Virus record (IMG/VR): IMGVR_UViG_3300021512_000005
Coordinates: 1 to 64,000 of that record
Strand: one strand, 5' to 3'
DNA: 64,000 bases
Source of the DNA: a virus
Shown here: in pieces, positions 50,108 through 61,556 of the stretch
Layout of the letters: the number at the start of each line of letters is the position of its first letter
How positions within the stretch are numbered: the stretch's first letter is position 1
Program-made: the position numbers and the translations under genes
Notes under the pieces: generated by a model
Databases searched by the model: none
Told to the model about the DNA's origin: nothing
What the model saw: only the letters and a program-made list of their open reading frames with translations

Positions 50108-50268
50108 GGACCAATGTACCCGGGATATAGGACCAATGTACCCGGGAAATAGGATCAATGTGCCCGGGATATAGGACCAATGTACCCGGGATATAGGACC
50201 AATGTACCCGGGATATAGGACCAATGTTCTGGACCAATACACCTAGAATATAGACCAATATACCTGGG
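50108..50268. repeat. 22-bp GC-rich tandem repeat (5 full plus degenerate copies), candidate iterons
   Basis: GGACCAATGTACCCGGGATATA units without spacers in non-coding DNA. Confidence 0.9.
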
Positions 50269-50449
50269 TCTATCTTTTGCCTAATTAACTAAAATAAACT
50301 CTTTATTTCAAAATTGTAGACTTATAATTGGATAATTTTTAAACTACTTTATTTGGAAAAATATTGGATTTGATGGGATATTTGGCTCTTTGCTTAATTT
50401 TTTGGGTCTTTTTTAATTACTATTACTTATAATTTTCTGTTCAAATTTA

Positions 50450-50682
50450 TACGAGTAAACGAGTAATCAAAAATGATAGCAAGAGGCAACTTTGTAAGAA
50501 ATTACTCGTTACTCGTTTCTTTTTCAGCTTCATCTTATTTCAACAATGATAAGTTTTAACATAAGAACCTATTTACTATATACATATAAACTTAATATTT
50601 ATATGAGTAATGAGTAAATGATAGCAGGAGGCAAGTTTTATTACTCGTATCCAAAAAAATTACTCGTATCGATATGAGTAAT
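50450..50682. other. Putative replication origin
   Basis: Clustered GAGTAA/TTACTCG direct and inverted motifs and duplicated AAATGATAGCARGAGGCAA right after the primase-helicase stop. Confidence 0.5.
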
Positions 50683-50683
50683 T

Positions 50684-52891
50684 TCATTCATCAAATTTAA
50701 CACCCAAAAAACCTCGAATTCTTTCACCATTTATCATTTTTTGTTTATATTTACATTCTCTAAAAAATGAATTTTTAAATTCTCGAATAAATGTCTTTTT
50801 AGGCATTGAAACTGGAATATTAACATCTTTGCACCAAATTTCATATCGATCATATAAATCATCACTTGATATAAAATCATCAAATATAAAATCAGTAAAT
50901 TCCAAATTATCTTCACCAAATCTAAAAATTATATTAGATAAAAGATCATGTTCTTCAGCAACATCATCAATATTCTTTTTAACAAATCCACCTCTCTTAA
51001 CTAACCGATCTAATCCCTTTAATGCCAAATTAATAAGTCCAGACATTTCCTCTTCAGTAATATAGTCATCAAAATTAAATGGATTATCTTCTGTAAGTTC
51101 AAAATGATTTAAACATTGAATTAATCTCAATCGTCGATAAGTCGCATCACTTCGATCATCAAATCTTGGTAATTCATTACATCCAAACATTATTTTAGCA
51201 CTATTTCTAAATTCAACCATTGGTTTTCCTTTAACATTAGCAGTAATTCTATCAGTACCAGTTAATTTTTTAATTTTATTTAAACCATAGATTTTATCAG
51301 AACCAGCATCAGGATCAATATTAGCCAATTTCCCAATTAACTTAACCATATAGAATTCTTTCATTAAATCTTGCGGCTCAATATTAGAAACATTTTTCTC
51401 ACCCAATAATGCTGTTATCAAATTACAATATGTCGATTTACCTGAATCAGCCTTTCCTGTATAAATAGTAAAAGTTTTATATTTATTAATATTAGATATT
51501 AAATATCCAATCCATTCAATTTCACTATTATAATTATCAATAATTCCATCAGTTATAAAAATATTTTTTAATAATTCTTCAATTTTAGGACATTTAGCAT
51601 TAGGATCATAATTATGTGGAATTTTAGATAAAAAGAAAAATTCAGGACTATGTGGTAATTGTTTTTTATTTCTTATATCTAAAATACAATTATTAAAATT
51701 AATATAATTTTGATATTCATTAAATTCCTTATCTAAATCATAATACCAATATTTTTTATTTAAAAATATTAAATCTAATATTTCATTCCGCTCATGAATA
51801 TTCATCAAATCCCCAAACATCTCAACTAATGCCGCTTTGACATTTTCACCATAATCCAATTCATAAATTCCTTCTTTTTTATTATAACAATACATATATC
51901 TTTCATTATTTTTTATATGTACATTTAATTCTTTACATAAATAATCAGCAATTTTTTTTCGTTCAAATCCAATTACTTTTCCTTTTTCAGAAAATTTTAA
52001 AAAAATATCAAAATTATTATCCTTAAACAATACTAAATCAGCATTATTTTTAAAATTATAAATTCTACATTTTTCATTACAATAATTATCGCCAAAATTT
52101 TCTTTTAATTTTTCACAATTCCAGGGTTTTACTTCTTTTGCATGTTCCCATGCCTTCTCAGTATCATTTTCATTATAATCTTCTCTATAAACATATTTCA
52201 TAATAAATTTAAATAAATCAATACCAAATCCCTTATTTCTCAAATCTGCAGCAATTGCACCATCAGATTTCCATTTTTCAATATCTGAAAAATTATTTTT
52301 TATTGCATTATATATACATTTTGGTGCCGATCGCATATATTTTTTCATTTCATTATTTAAATTTAATAATTTATTCCAATTTTTTATCATCTCCTCAGGA
52401 ATTTCTTGAATTTCTTTATCAATATCATTAAATCTATAAATATCACCAGACTTATGAGTCGACGGCGGCACAACAACATACCGCTTATCACTTTTAACTT
52501 CAATATTTAAAAAATTTGTATCATTTTTATTACTACCAACATGATCCTTTATTTTAGGATTATATTTAAAATATATATGTCCTCTTCCATTAGTTCTTTT
52601 TGACATAAGAGTATTTATTTCAACATTTTTAAATAATTCCTCTTTATAAAGTTCATCATCAATATCAAAAACAATAATACCAGATTTTTTACCTGTTAAA
52701 ACAGCCAAATTACCTTTAATATTATTATTTTTATCTTTTTTCATTTCTATAAAAATTTCTGCCGGTTTTAATGCTTTCTTTAAATTACCCCATTTAGTTA
52801 ACGGTTTTTTATCATTTTCAGAAATTGGAATAATCCACCAATTTCTTTTTATATATTTATCAATTAATTTTGTAGTTAAATATGGATCCAT
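50684..52891 (-). CDS. Prim-Pol primase fused to a D5-like SF3 helicase
   Basis: NLAVLTG…VFDID…GHIYF…YVVVPPSTH; Walker A GKADSGKST; GCNELP; RRL. Confidence 0.92.
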   Translation of the reverse strand: MDPYLTTKLIDKYIKRNWWIIPISENDKKPLTKWGNLKKALKPAEIFIEMKKDKNNNIKGNLAVLTGKKSGIIVFDIDDELYKEELFKNVEINTLMSKRTNGRGHIYFKYNPKIKDHVGSNKNDTNFLNIEVKSDKRYVVVPPSTHKSGDIYRFNDIDKEIQEIPEEMIKNWNKLLNLNNEMKKYMRSAPKCIYNAIKNNFSDIEKWKSDGAIAADLRNKGFGIDLFKFIMKYVYREDYNENDTEKAWEHAKEVKPWNCEKLKENFGDNYCNEKCRIYNFKNNADLVLFKDNNFDIFLKFSEKGKVIGFERKKIADYLCKELNVHIKNNERYMYCYNKKEGIYELDYGENVKAALVEMFGDLMNIHERNEILDLIFLNKKYWYYDLDKEFNEYQNYINFNNCILDIRNKKQLPHSPEFFFLSKIPHNYDPNAKCPKIEELLKNIFITDGIIDNYNSEIEWIGYLISNINKYKTFTIYTGKADSGKSTYCNLITALLGEKNVSNIEPQDLMKEFYMVKLIGKLANIDPDAGSDKIYGLNKIKKLTGTDRITANVKGKPMVEFRNSAKIMFGCNELPRFDDRSDATYRRLRLIQCLNHFELTEDNPFNFDDYITEEEMSGLINLALKGLDRLVKRGGFVKKNIDDVAEEHDLLSNIIFRFGEDNLEFTDFIFDDFISSDDLYDRYEIWCKDVNIPVSMPKKTFIREFKNSFFRECKYKQKMINGERIRGFLGVKFDE

Positions 52892-52893
52892 TT

Positions 52894-53505
52894 TTAATCA
52901 TCCCACTGAATTTTATTAAATTCTAACTCTTTTTTATCAATATAAAGTATTTTTTCTATATTATTTTGTATTTTATAATGTAAATTTATATAATAATTAT
53001 ATTTTAAATATTTAAAATATTTATTAGGATTTTTAATAAAATCATTAGGATCAATAGATGTACCTTTATCTTTTTGTACATTTCCAATCCAAATCCAATC
53101 AATTAAATCTAAAGAATATGCCTTTTTTACTTCAGATATAAATCTTTTTTTATATTCATTAAATATATTATCATCATTAATATTATTATTTAATTTTACA
53201 TTCAATTCATATTTAACAAGATCAATATTTAAATCTTCAGCAATAAATTTAACCCTATCAGAAAAATCTTGCGCAATAATAATTCCTTTTTCAGCATTTA
53301 TACATTTCATATAACCTAAAATTTGACCAATAGCACTATCTCCTGCTTCCCCCAATTTAACTTCAATTGGAATTAAATTCCCATTATCATCCTCACATAA
53401 AATATCAATATATCCAACATTAGTATTATATTCATATTCAATAAAATTTAAACCCAATTCATTTAAATTAACATTATCTCTAATATAATTTTTATTAATT
53501 TCCAT
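52894..53505 (-). CDS. NucS/EndoMS C-terminal-like PD-(D/E)XK endonuclease
   Basis: EY…GYIDILCED…IEVK…AIGQILGY. Confidence 0.75.
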   Translation of the reverse strand: MEINKNYIRDNVNLNELGLNFIEYEYNTNVGYIDILCEDDNGNLIPIEVKLGEAGDSAIGQILGYMKCINAEKGIIIAQDFSDRVKFIAEDLNIDLVKYELNVKLNNNINDDNIFNEYKKRFISEVKKAYSLDLIDWIWIGNVQKDKGTSIDPNDFIKNPNKYFKYLKYNYYINLHYKIQNNIEKILYIDKKELEFNKIQWDD

Positions 53506-53917
53506 TTATATCACTTTCCATTTTATTTAATAATTGTTGAGCATATTCTCGTACCTGTTTATCAATTTTAATACCCATTTGAATAGGCATTATACTAATT
53601 CTAAATTTTCTCACATATTTTCCATATCTGAAAAATCCATATATTGAATTAGTATCCCAATCATTATCATTTTTTAGATATATCTCTGGATATATAATAG
53701 ATAATTGTGTTCCATTTTGTCTGAAAAGTATATCAAATAAATTATAATTAGTATAATAATCTTTTTTAATACGTTTAGTAATTTTTGTGGATATTTCGTA
53801 TGTTAATTCATATTCTTCTACTACACTTGCTATAGTTTGAATTGTATAATCATAAATTTTTTGAATTTCTATATTCCTTTTATTTGCATATTCTTGAATA
53901 TATTTTTTTGTTTTCAT
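53495..53917 (-). CDS. Hypothetical protein
   Basis: ORF with RBS in the leftward replication operon. Confidence 0.5.
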   Translation of the reverse strand: MKTKKYIQEYANKRNIEIQKIYDYTIQTIASVVEEYELTYEISTKITKRIKKDYYTNYNLFDILFRQNGTQLSIIYPEIYLKNDNDWDTNSIYGFFRYGKYVRKFRISIMPIQMGIKIDKQVREYAQQLLNKMESDINGN

Positions 53918-54204
53918 TTATTTAACCTTTATTTTATAACATTTTTTCTAAAATTTCTATAGTATGTTTCACTTGTTTCTTATAAAATTCAGGATATTCT
54001 TTACAACCCAAATATTTTAATTCTTTTACATATTTATCATATATAATTTCACAATCTTTATGGTCCATTTTAATCATTTTTTATAATATAACGAATTTTT
54101 CTTTGTTTCATTACACTTTTTGGATATTTATCTAAATCAAAAAATTCTATTCCATATAAATCAATAAATTTTTTTTCTTTATTTTTTTTAGAATCCATTT
54201 AAAA

Positions 54205-54543
54205 TCACCCAATATAATAAATTCTTTTAATCCCAACACTTTCAATAAGTTTTTGACATGATTCACAAGGTTTAGATATTCTTCCATTTATTCTTAAAAC
54301 AATCATTGTAGCATCAGAAAAATCAATACCAATCCTATTACCCTTTAAAATAGCCATTTCTTCAGCATGAATACTCCAGGGAGTTCGTTTATTTGTTTTA
54401 CAACCATAAGATCGATTCCAACCAATCACATATTTTTTAGAATCAAACAAACAAACACCCAATTTCTGCCGCATATTTGACCGTTTACAAGCCTTTACTG
54501 CCAAATCATAAGCATCATTAAATTTCATACAAATCAATTCCAC
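54205..54543 (-). CDS. Cytidine/dCMP deaminase-family protein
   Basis: HAEE…PCESC zinc motif. Confidence 0.85.
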   Translation of the reverse strand: MELICMKFNDAYDLAVKACKRSNMRQKLGVCLFDSKKYVIGWNRSYGCKTNKRTPWSIHAEEMAILKGNRIGIDFSDATMIVLRINGRISKPCESCQKLIESVGIKRIYYIG

Positions 54544-54860
54544 TTAATTTATAACCATTAATATTATTTTCCAAATATTTATAATCCAAAAGAAAATTTA
54601 TATAAAGATTAACATCTAAATTTAAATTTTCAATATGTTTAATTAAAATTTTTTTAGGAATATTTGACAAAATTCCAAACTCATCAAATCCGTCATTTCT
54701 TAATTTTGTGCAAATTATATTACAATTATTTCTTATCATTTTCATTTTTATCATTCCATAATTTATTTTCAATTTCTTTTTCAATTTTTCTTTCAATTTC
54801 TTTTTCAATATAATTTAAATTCATCTAATCACCTTTTAAATCGAATTTCTTCCTTCAACA

Positions 54861-54978
54861 TATACTTATTTTTTAAAAGTATTCTCAAAGATCATAAAAT
54901 TAAAAACATTACCTACAAAAATAAATAAAAGTAAAATATTACCCACAAAATACTTTTAAAAAATAAGTACATATTGAG
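54861..54978. promoter_or_regulatory. Divergent promoter pair at the strand switch
   Basis: AATACTTTTAAAAAATAAGTA on minus (~54862-54883) and plus (~54949-54972); further plus copies at ~57861-57884 and ~60191-60214. Confidence 0.7.
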
Positions 54979-55155
54979 GTTATAAAAATGAAAATTGAGA
55001 TGACAAAAGAAGAAAAATATATTGCTAAAACAATTGGATATCCAATAGATTGGAATACAACTAAATATTCTTCATTAGCATTAGCATTATGGAAATTATA
55101 TCTTGATGAATGTGATATAAGGCATAAATATGAAAAAATATATTGAGGATAAAAT

Positions 55156-55362
55156 ATGAAACGAACAAAAGAATGGTGGAATAACCTTACAAAAGAAGAA
55201 CGATCAAGACTTGTATATCTTGAACGAGCATATAGTAATTCAATATTTCCAGATTGTGAATGTAAATCATGTGGCGAATTATATGTAGGTGCCGGATTAT
55301 GTCAATCTTGTTATAAAGAAATGAAACAATTAATAAATAAAGGAAATAAAGGAAATAAATAA
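55156..55362 (+). CDS. Small Zn-finger protein
   Basis: CKSCG…LCQSC; GAGG RBS. Confidence 0.55.
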   Translation: MKRTKEWWNNLTKEERSRLVYLERAYSNSIFPDCECKSCGELYVGAGLCQSCYKEMKQLINKGNKGNK

Positions 55363-55512
55363 AATGCAAATTATTATACCATTTGGTTGTAATGATAAAT
55401 ATGAAAAAAATATAAAAATTGCTAAAGAAATTCTTTTAATAATAAAAAATAAGACTAATTATTGTGGTTGGATTGAAGATAATGATGGAAATATAATATA
55501 TGGTATAATTTA

Positions 55513-55734
55513 ATGATAAAAATATTAAAATTACAACAAATAGGACTAATAGGTTCAATTATATCTATCATATTATTATCTCAAGGTCAAACTTTTAATG
55601 GAAATTTATTTTTATTTTTAGCACAAATTCCTTGGATAATATATTCGCAAAAAAATAAATTATACGAATTATTAATGTTATCATTAATTTATTTCATCCT
55701 TGCTATTATTGGAATTATTAACACTTGTCATTGA
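55513..55734 (+). CDS. Small membrane protein
   Basis: Three hydrophobic segments. Confidence 0.5.
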   Translation: MIKILKLQQIGLIGSIISIILLSQGQTFNGNLFLFLAQIPWIIYSQKNKLYELLMLSLIYFILAIIGIINTCH

Positions 55735-55797
55735 AACGACAACTCATATATAAATAACTGGTCATTATCTTATTAAAAAAATAAAGGAGAAAAATAA

Positions 55798-56649
55798 ATG
55801 TTAACATTAAGTAAATCAAAAATAAAATCATTAATAGATTGTCCACTTAAATTCAGATTTAATTATATCGATGATCCTAAACCTGAAAAAGATACAATTT
55901 TAGATGACAAATATCTTATTGCAGGTTTAGAAATCCATGATCGATTGGATAAAATTTATGATAAAATAGATGAACAAAAATATAAAAATATGGATATTGT
56001 AGAAAAAATAGAATATTTACACGATTTATTTGGTGATGCAGAAACAGAAAATATAGAAGCGAATGAAATCATAAATACTGCTCGTGAAAATTATATTGAA
56101 TATCAACTTAACTTAGATAAAGAATTTAATAGAGATTTAGCAAAACCATATAAAAAAGAATTATTTGCCAAATTTACAATAACAGATAATTTTATAAAAA
56201 AATTTATAGAACCACGAAAAAATTCAACAACAGGAAAAAAAATTAGAAATCTAAACCCTCTTAATGAAAATATTTTAATTCGAGGTTATATCGATAGAAT
56301 TGATCAATTCACAGATAACACTTATGGTATATTAGATTATAAATCAAAAATAAGTTCAGTGACAATTTGGGAACTTTCAGGTTACATGCTTATGGCATCG
56401 ATTCATTTAAATCTTCCCGAAATTAATAAAATCGGATGCTGGGGTTATAAGGATTCATCATATTTTTATAGACCAGTTAAAGTACAAAATATTGATTATT
56501 TTTTATTTAAAGTTCTTGAATTTAAAAATAATTATGATAAATACCAAAAACTCGATCGATGGCCTCGAAAACGTGGTTTCATGTGCAGATTTTGTGAATG
56601 GCAAAAATTATGTAAAAAATACAATTTCAGAGGAGAGTTAAAAAAATGA
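55798..56649 (+). CDS. Cas4/RecB-like PD-(D/E)XK exonuclease with Fe-S cysteines
   Basis: LSKS…DCP, GLEIH, RGYIDRID…ILDYKS, CRFCEWQKLC. Confidence 0.85.
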   Translation: MLTLSKSKIKSLIDCPLKFRFNYIDDPKPEKDTILDDKYLIAGLEIHDRLDKIYDKIDEQKYKNMDIVEKIEYLHDLFGDAETENIEANEIINTARENYIEYQLNLDKEFNRDLAKPYKKELFAKFTITDNFIKKFIEPRKNSTTGKKIRNLNPLNENILIRGYIDRIDQFTDNTYGILDYKSKISSVTIWELSGYMLMASIHLNLPEINKIGCWGYKDSSYFYRPVKVQNIDYFLFKVLEFKNNYDKYQKLDRWPRKRGFMCRFCEWQKLCKKYNFRGELKK

Positions 56650-57104
56650 TTGGCAAAATATTAACAATAATATATTTTACAACAATAACAATTTTTGGCT
56701 TAGAAATGGAATTCCTTGAACATGGACCATATTTAATTATTGGATATTATTTTATAGTATTAATAGAATATTTAAGTATTTATCAAATTATTAAAAATTG
56801 TGGGTTGATATAAAAATGACAACAAATATACATCCATTAATAAAATGTCAAAATGTAAAAAATAAAATTATTAATTTAATAGAATCTAAAACAAATTTTC
56901 AATTAAAAAAAGATCCAAATTCAGATTTTATTTTACATTATGGACATTATGAAGAATCAAAATTTAATGAAATTTTTACAGTAATAATTGATAATCCCAT
57001 TACAACAATATTTGTAAAAAATAAAAATAAATGGACATATAATTTATTAAAAAATAAAAATATAATGAAATATTTTTAAAATTAAAATATAGAGGTATAA
57101 AAAA

Positions 57105-57860
57105 ATGTTAAAATTATGTGCATTATTACCAATTAATTATCTCCATTGGGGCAATAATCTTAATGACTATCATTTAATTCTTCCACATATTGCTGAAAAA
57201 TCAAAATTATATTTAAATCATTTTAAATATCAAAAAGGATATAAAATAATTGATAATTCAACATTTGAACTTGGGCATTCAGTTTCAAATAAATTAATGT
57301 ATCAAATAATAAAAGAAATTAATGCTAATGCATATTTTCTTCCAGAAATTAAAAATGATGAAAAAGAAAGTATTAAAATACGAAATCAATTTTTAAAATC
57401 TGAAATATATAATAATTTATATGATAAATTAACATATCAAGCATTTCAATCAGAAGATGCAATTCCAATTGGAGATTATATTTCAATTCCAGCACATCTT
57501 AATCGCCCAAAAGTTATAGATCAATTATTTCAAAAATATGGTCATATTTTTAATTCAATATATCTAAGTGGTCTTACCGGTGGTAAAAGAAAATTTGATA
57601 TAACAAAAATTGCAGAATTAATATATTTACAAAAAAAATATCCAAATTTAAATATATATATGGATACATCTCTTCCTTATTTATTAACAAAAATAAATAC
57701 ATCATTAAATAGATTAATTTTGACAGGTGATCGACCAAAACTTCCTAAAATGGATTTTTGGGATTTTAATTTATATGATTTTAAACTATTTCAATATAAT
57801 TTTTGGAATTTGAAATCATTAACACATATTAATGATAAAATTAGTAAAATAAAGATTTAG
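57105..57860 (+). CDS. TIM-barrel, possibly queuine tRNA-ribosyltransferase-like protein
   Basis: YHLILPH…KIIDNSTFELG…LPE…YLSG…MDTSLP resembles phage TGT-like proteins; weak. Confidence 0.4.
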   Translation: MLKLCALLPINYLHWGNNLNDYHLILPHIAEKSKLYLNHFKYQKGYKIIDNSTFELGHSVSNKLMYQIIKEINANAYFLPEIKNDEKESIKIRNQFLKSEIYNNLYDKLTYQAFQSEDAIPIGDYISIPAHLNRPKVIDQLFQKYGHIFNSIYLSGLTGGKRKFDITKIAELIYLQKKYPNLNIYMDTSLPYLLTKINTSLNRLILTGDRPKLPKMDFWDFNLYDFKLFQYNFWNLKSLTHINDKISKIKI

Positions 57861-58064
57861 GAATATTTTTAAAAAATAAGTACAATTTGAGGTAAACAAA
57901 TGTCAATAATAGTTTGTAAAAATTGTAATAAAAAAGCATTTAAAACAAAATCCGTAGTTTTTTGTTTTAATAATAATTGTAAAAATTATTTAAAATTTAC
58001 AAAATTAAATTCATCATATTTTTATAAACATTTTTGTGAAATAAAATCTATTAATGAGGATTAA

Positions 58065-58511
58065 ATGTGTACAAATTTTTATTATGATCCAAAATATTTA
58101 AAAGATATAATGTCAAATGAATATAATAAAAAAGATATTTACTATGATCTTTTAGAACTCCCTTCTGGTAATTATATTCCAATTTTATATCTTTTGGAAA
58201 TTGGAATTTCTTGGGAAACATTTTTAGAAATTCCATTAGGTGATTATCGAGATTGGGAATTTTTTGAATGTTCTAATTGTAAAAATAAATTATTTTATCC
58301 AGGTTTATGCAAAAAATGTTGTAAAAATTTAACACAAGAAGAAATAAATCAATATAAAGAAAAATTAATAATTAAATATGAAAAAAGTATTATTGAATTG
58401 AAAAAAATAATAAAAAATAATGCCTGGAATAAATGTAAATATATTCGATCATATTTTATAAGATTAGAAGATAAAAATGGTAAATATAGATCATATTATA
58501 GAAATTTCTAA
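58065..58511 (+). CDS. Hypothetical Zn-finger protein
   Basis: CSNC…LCKKC. Confidence 0.5.
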   Translation: MCTNFYYDPKYLKDIMSNEYNKKDIYYDLLELPSGNYIPILYLLEIGISWETFLEIPLGDYRDWEFFECSNCKNKLFYPGLCKKCCKNLTQEEINQYKEKLIIKYEKSIIELKKIIKNNAWNKCKYIRSYFIRLEDKNGKYRSYYRNF

Positions 58512-59001
58512 TAGGATTTATTATTTTTAAAAAAGAAAAATAAAATAAAAAAAATGAATAAAAATTAAAAGGTGAAAATAAAATGAGAGCATGGTCAAAA
58601 TATAGATATGAACTTGGATCTGATTTGACAAATAAAATAATTAATAAATATAATTTAGAACCAGAATTTAATGATATAATTAAAAAAGCAATATTAGAAA
58701 AATTAAATAGTCTTAATGATGAAGAATTTATAAATATTTGGGATAAATATATGTATTATTCAATTGGTTATACTGTTGATTATTTATATAAAGATGATAA
58801 AAATGATAAAAATAAATAAAGAATTTGAATTATAAAGATCATTAACACATATCTATGATATTCGTGATCGTTTTGAAATTGCATTACAATATTGGAAAAA
58901 GAAAAAAGATGAACAAAAAATAAAAAATTGTATTCATGCAATTAATATATGTGATAAATTATCTAAAGATTATATAAAAAGATTAAAGAGGTTATATAAT
59001 A

Positions 59002-60150
59002 ATGACAAATTTACAAGAAGTTATTGAAATTTCAAATGAAATTAAATTTCTCAATACAAAAAAAGAGAAACAAAGATTAATTGATACATTATCAGATGAT
59101 ATAATAACAATATTATCTAACACAATTAATAAAAATGGTATTGGGCCAGAAATATTTGAAGAAATAAATACTTATGATTCAGATACAAGTATTAATATTA
59201 AAAATATTATAGAAAAATTTGATACAGCTGCAAAAATATCTTCAACAAATGAAAAAAGAGAAATTCTTTCAACATTATATCTCACATCAGAAGAAAAAGA
59301 ATTTCTAAGTCATTGTTTATATCCAATAAAATATGGATCATTAAATTTAGGAATAAAAATAAATCCACGACAAACAATAACATCTACAATTAAACCAATG
59401 TTAGCGAAATCCGGGGATTTTAACCCATTTAAAATGATTATTGAAAGAAAATATGATGGTCATAGATGTATTGCAAAAAATATAAATAATAAAATAGAAC
59501 TATTTACTCGGCAAGGAAAGCCATTTAAAGGTGCAAAAATTATAGAAGATAAACTATATTTAGATCATAATACAATTGTTGATGGTGAGATAATTTCATC
59601 AGATGATAATTTTGAAAAATTAGATATAAATTCGACAAATCTGATATATAAAATATTTGATATTTTATATTATAAAGGTGAAAATGTTCAAAATAAATCT
59701 TTTAAAATAAGAAGATCAATTTTAGAATTAATAATTAAAGAAAATGAATATATCCAATTATCAGAAATATTAACATTAAATACTTTTGAACACATTGATA
59801 TATGGATTAAAGGAACTGGTGCAGAAGGAATTATTGCAAAAGATCCAAATGGTCCATATCTCCAAAATAAAAGAAATTGGATAAAATATAAACATTTTAA
59901 AGATCTAAATGCAAAAATAGTTGGAATAACAGAAGGAACTGGAAAACGGAAAGGAACAATGGGAGCATTAGAAGTTATTCCCGAAGGATTAGATGAAATT
60001 ACTAAAATAGGCACAGGATTTAATGACCAGCAATTAATTGATATATCAGAACAAATTAAAAATGGTGAAGAACTTCAATGTATTGTGAAATATCAAAATA
60101 TTACAAAAGATGGAAAATTACGATTCCCCGTTTTTATGAGATTAATATAA
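59002..60150 (+). CDS. lig: ATP-dependent DNA ligase
   Basis: PMLA, KYDGHR, DGEI, FDIL, EGIIAK, WIKYK, IGTGF, LRFPVF. Confidence 0.93.
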   Translation: MTNLQEVIEISNEIKFLNTKKEKQRLIDTLSDDIITILSNTINKNGIGPEIFEEINTYDSDTSINIKNIIEKFDTAAKISSTNEKREILSTLYLTSEEKEFLSHCLYPIKYGSLNLGIKINPRQTITSTIKPMLAKSGDFNPFKMIIERKYDGHRCIAKNINNKIELFTRQGKPFKGAKIIEDKLYLDHNTIVDGEIISSDDNFEKLDINSTNLIYKIFDILYYKGENVQNKSFKIRRSILELIIKENEYIQLSEILTLNTFEHIDIWIKGTGAEGIIAKDPNGPYLQNKRNWIKYKHFKDLNAKIVGITEGTGKRKGTMGALEVIPEGLDEITKIGTGFNDQQLIDISEQIKNGEELQCIVKYQNITKDGKLRFPVFMRLI

Positions 60151-60303
60151 ATTAAAATGAGATTTCATATAAAGAATTATAAAATCTAAGGAATACTTTT
60201 AAAAAATAAGTACATTATTGAGTAAAAAGTTTTGATAATGGCTGGCTCATTACCTGTCATTATCATTCCCAAAAAGGGATAAATATTAAATGAGGTATAA
60301 AAA

Positions 60304-60645
60304 ATGACTGAAACAACAACTAATACGGATTTGTTCAATGAAATTATGTCGGCTTTAGATCAGAATCCAGATGGATATCCTGAGACATGGAGACCCGAAA
60401 CAGGAGATACTATTGTTGGAAGATATATTTCTTCAGAAGAAGAAGTTGGTAAGTTCCACCAGACAGTATATGTTCTCGAAAACCTTGATACGGGTGTTAG
60501 AACATCTGTTTTTGGAAATGTAGTATTGAATGATCGAATGGCCGAAGCCGAATATGGTGATATTGTCGGTATTCGATATATGGGTAAAAAGAAGAATTAT
60601 CATGTTTATAATGTGGTAATTCGTCTTGGAACTACAGAGGAGTAA
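60304..60645 (+). CDS. Putative OB-fold ssDNA-binding protein
   Basis: WRPETGDTIVGRY…GDIVGIRYMGKK…Y.VY.V; own promoter and hairpin terminator. Confidence 0.65.
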   Translation: MTETTTNTDLFNEIMSALDQNPDGYPETWRPETGDTIVGRYISSEEEVGKFHQTVYVLENLDTGVRTSVFGNVVLNDRMAEAEYGDIVGIRYMGKKKNYHVYNVVIRLGTTEE

Positions 60646-60662
60646 AATCCTCTATTTTTTTT
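60636..60662 (+). terminator. Hairpin plus T-tract
   Basis: AGAGGA-GTAAAA-TCCTCT followed by a T run. Confidence 0.55.
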
Positions 60663-60694
60663 AAATTGATAGTAAAAAGTTATGAGATGATTTA

Positions 60695-61072
60695 ATGAAT
60701 CTGTATAAAGTATTAATTAAACATTTTTCACCAAAAGATAATGTATTAGCAATTATAGAATATCTTCTTGCAAAAAATGATAATGATGTTTACAATTATA
60801 TTGATAAAAAATATGCTCATGGATCTTGGGCAGATGCTGAAAATAAATGTAATATTTATGATATATATGATGAATATCATAATAAAATTGGTACAGAAAC
60901 ATATCGAGAGAAAATAATGCGATTAAAGGGTAATATCAATGATGATGATATTGATTTAACAGATGTATATTATGGTATATCTGCGTATGGTTGGGAATTG
61001 GTAGAGGAAAATGTAACATGGGATACTACTCATTTAATAGATTTGGGTATAATTGTCGAATGTAAAGTATAA
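60695..61072 (+). CDS. Hypothetical protein
   Basis: ORF upstream of the tRNA. Confidence 0.55.
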   Translation: MNLYKVLIKHFSPKDNVLAIIEYLLAKNDNDVYNYIDKKYAHGSWADAENKCNIYDIYDEYHNKIGTETYREKIMRLKGNINDDDIDLTDVYYGISAYGWELVEENVTWDTTHLIDLGIIVECKV

Positions 61073-61073
61073 T

Positions 61074-61147
61074 GAATCTGTAGCCAAGATAGGTAAGGCA
61101 ACGGGCTTTTAACCCGTGTACCGAGGGTTCAAGTCCCTCCAGATTCA
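61074..61147 (+). tRNA. tRNA-Lys(UUU)
   Basis: Acceptor GAATCTG/CAGATTC plus A; anticodon stem ACGGG/CCCGT with loop CTTTTAA; T-arm GAGGG-TTCAAGT-CCCTC; no encoded CCA; no intron. Confidence 0.92.
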
Positions 61148-61556
61148 TTTTGGAGGTTTATTATGAAAAAAGTTATTAGAAGATTTATTAACAAAAATGA
61201 TAAAAATGATATGAATGATCTTGAGAAAATAAATAATATAATTAAAACTGTTGAAGTTGAAAATGGTTATATTGTTATTTTTGAACGAGAAGTAGCATCA
61301 AGGTATTAAAAATGAATAAAAAATATTTAGAAATATTTGAAAAATATAAAATTGAATTTCAAAATAGTCTTATTGCACAAATATATAATGATATTGAACC
61401 AATAAATAATTCATTAAATTTAGATTTTGAAAATAAAATATCTAAAAAAGTTAAAAAATTATCAATAAATGAATTTGAAAAAATATGGAATAATTATAAT
61501 GCTATTTGGTCTTTTAAAGATGAAATTGAAGATATTTTAAAAAATGGGTATTAAAA

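Noticed and set aside
50108-50268. 22-bp repeats as a mini-CRISPR array, given the Cas4-like gene
   Set aside because: Units are head-to-tail with no unique spacers, and solo Cas4-like nucleases are common in archaeal viruses.
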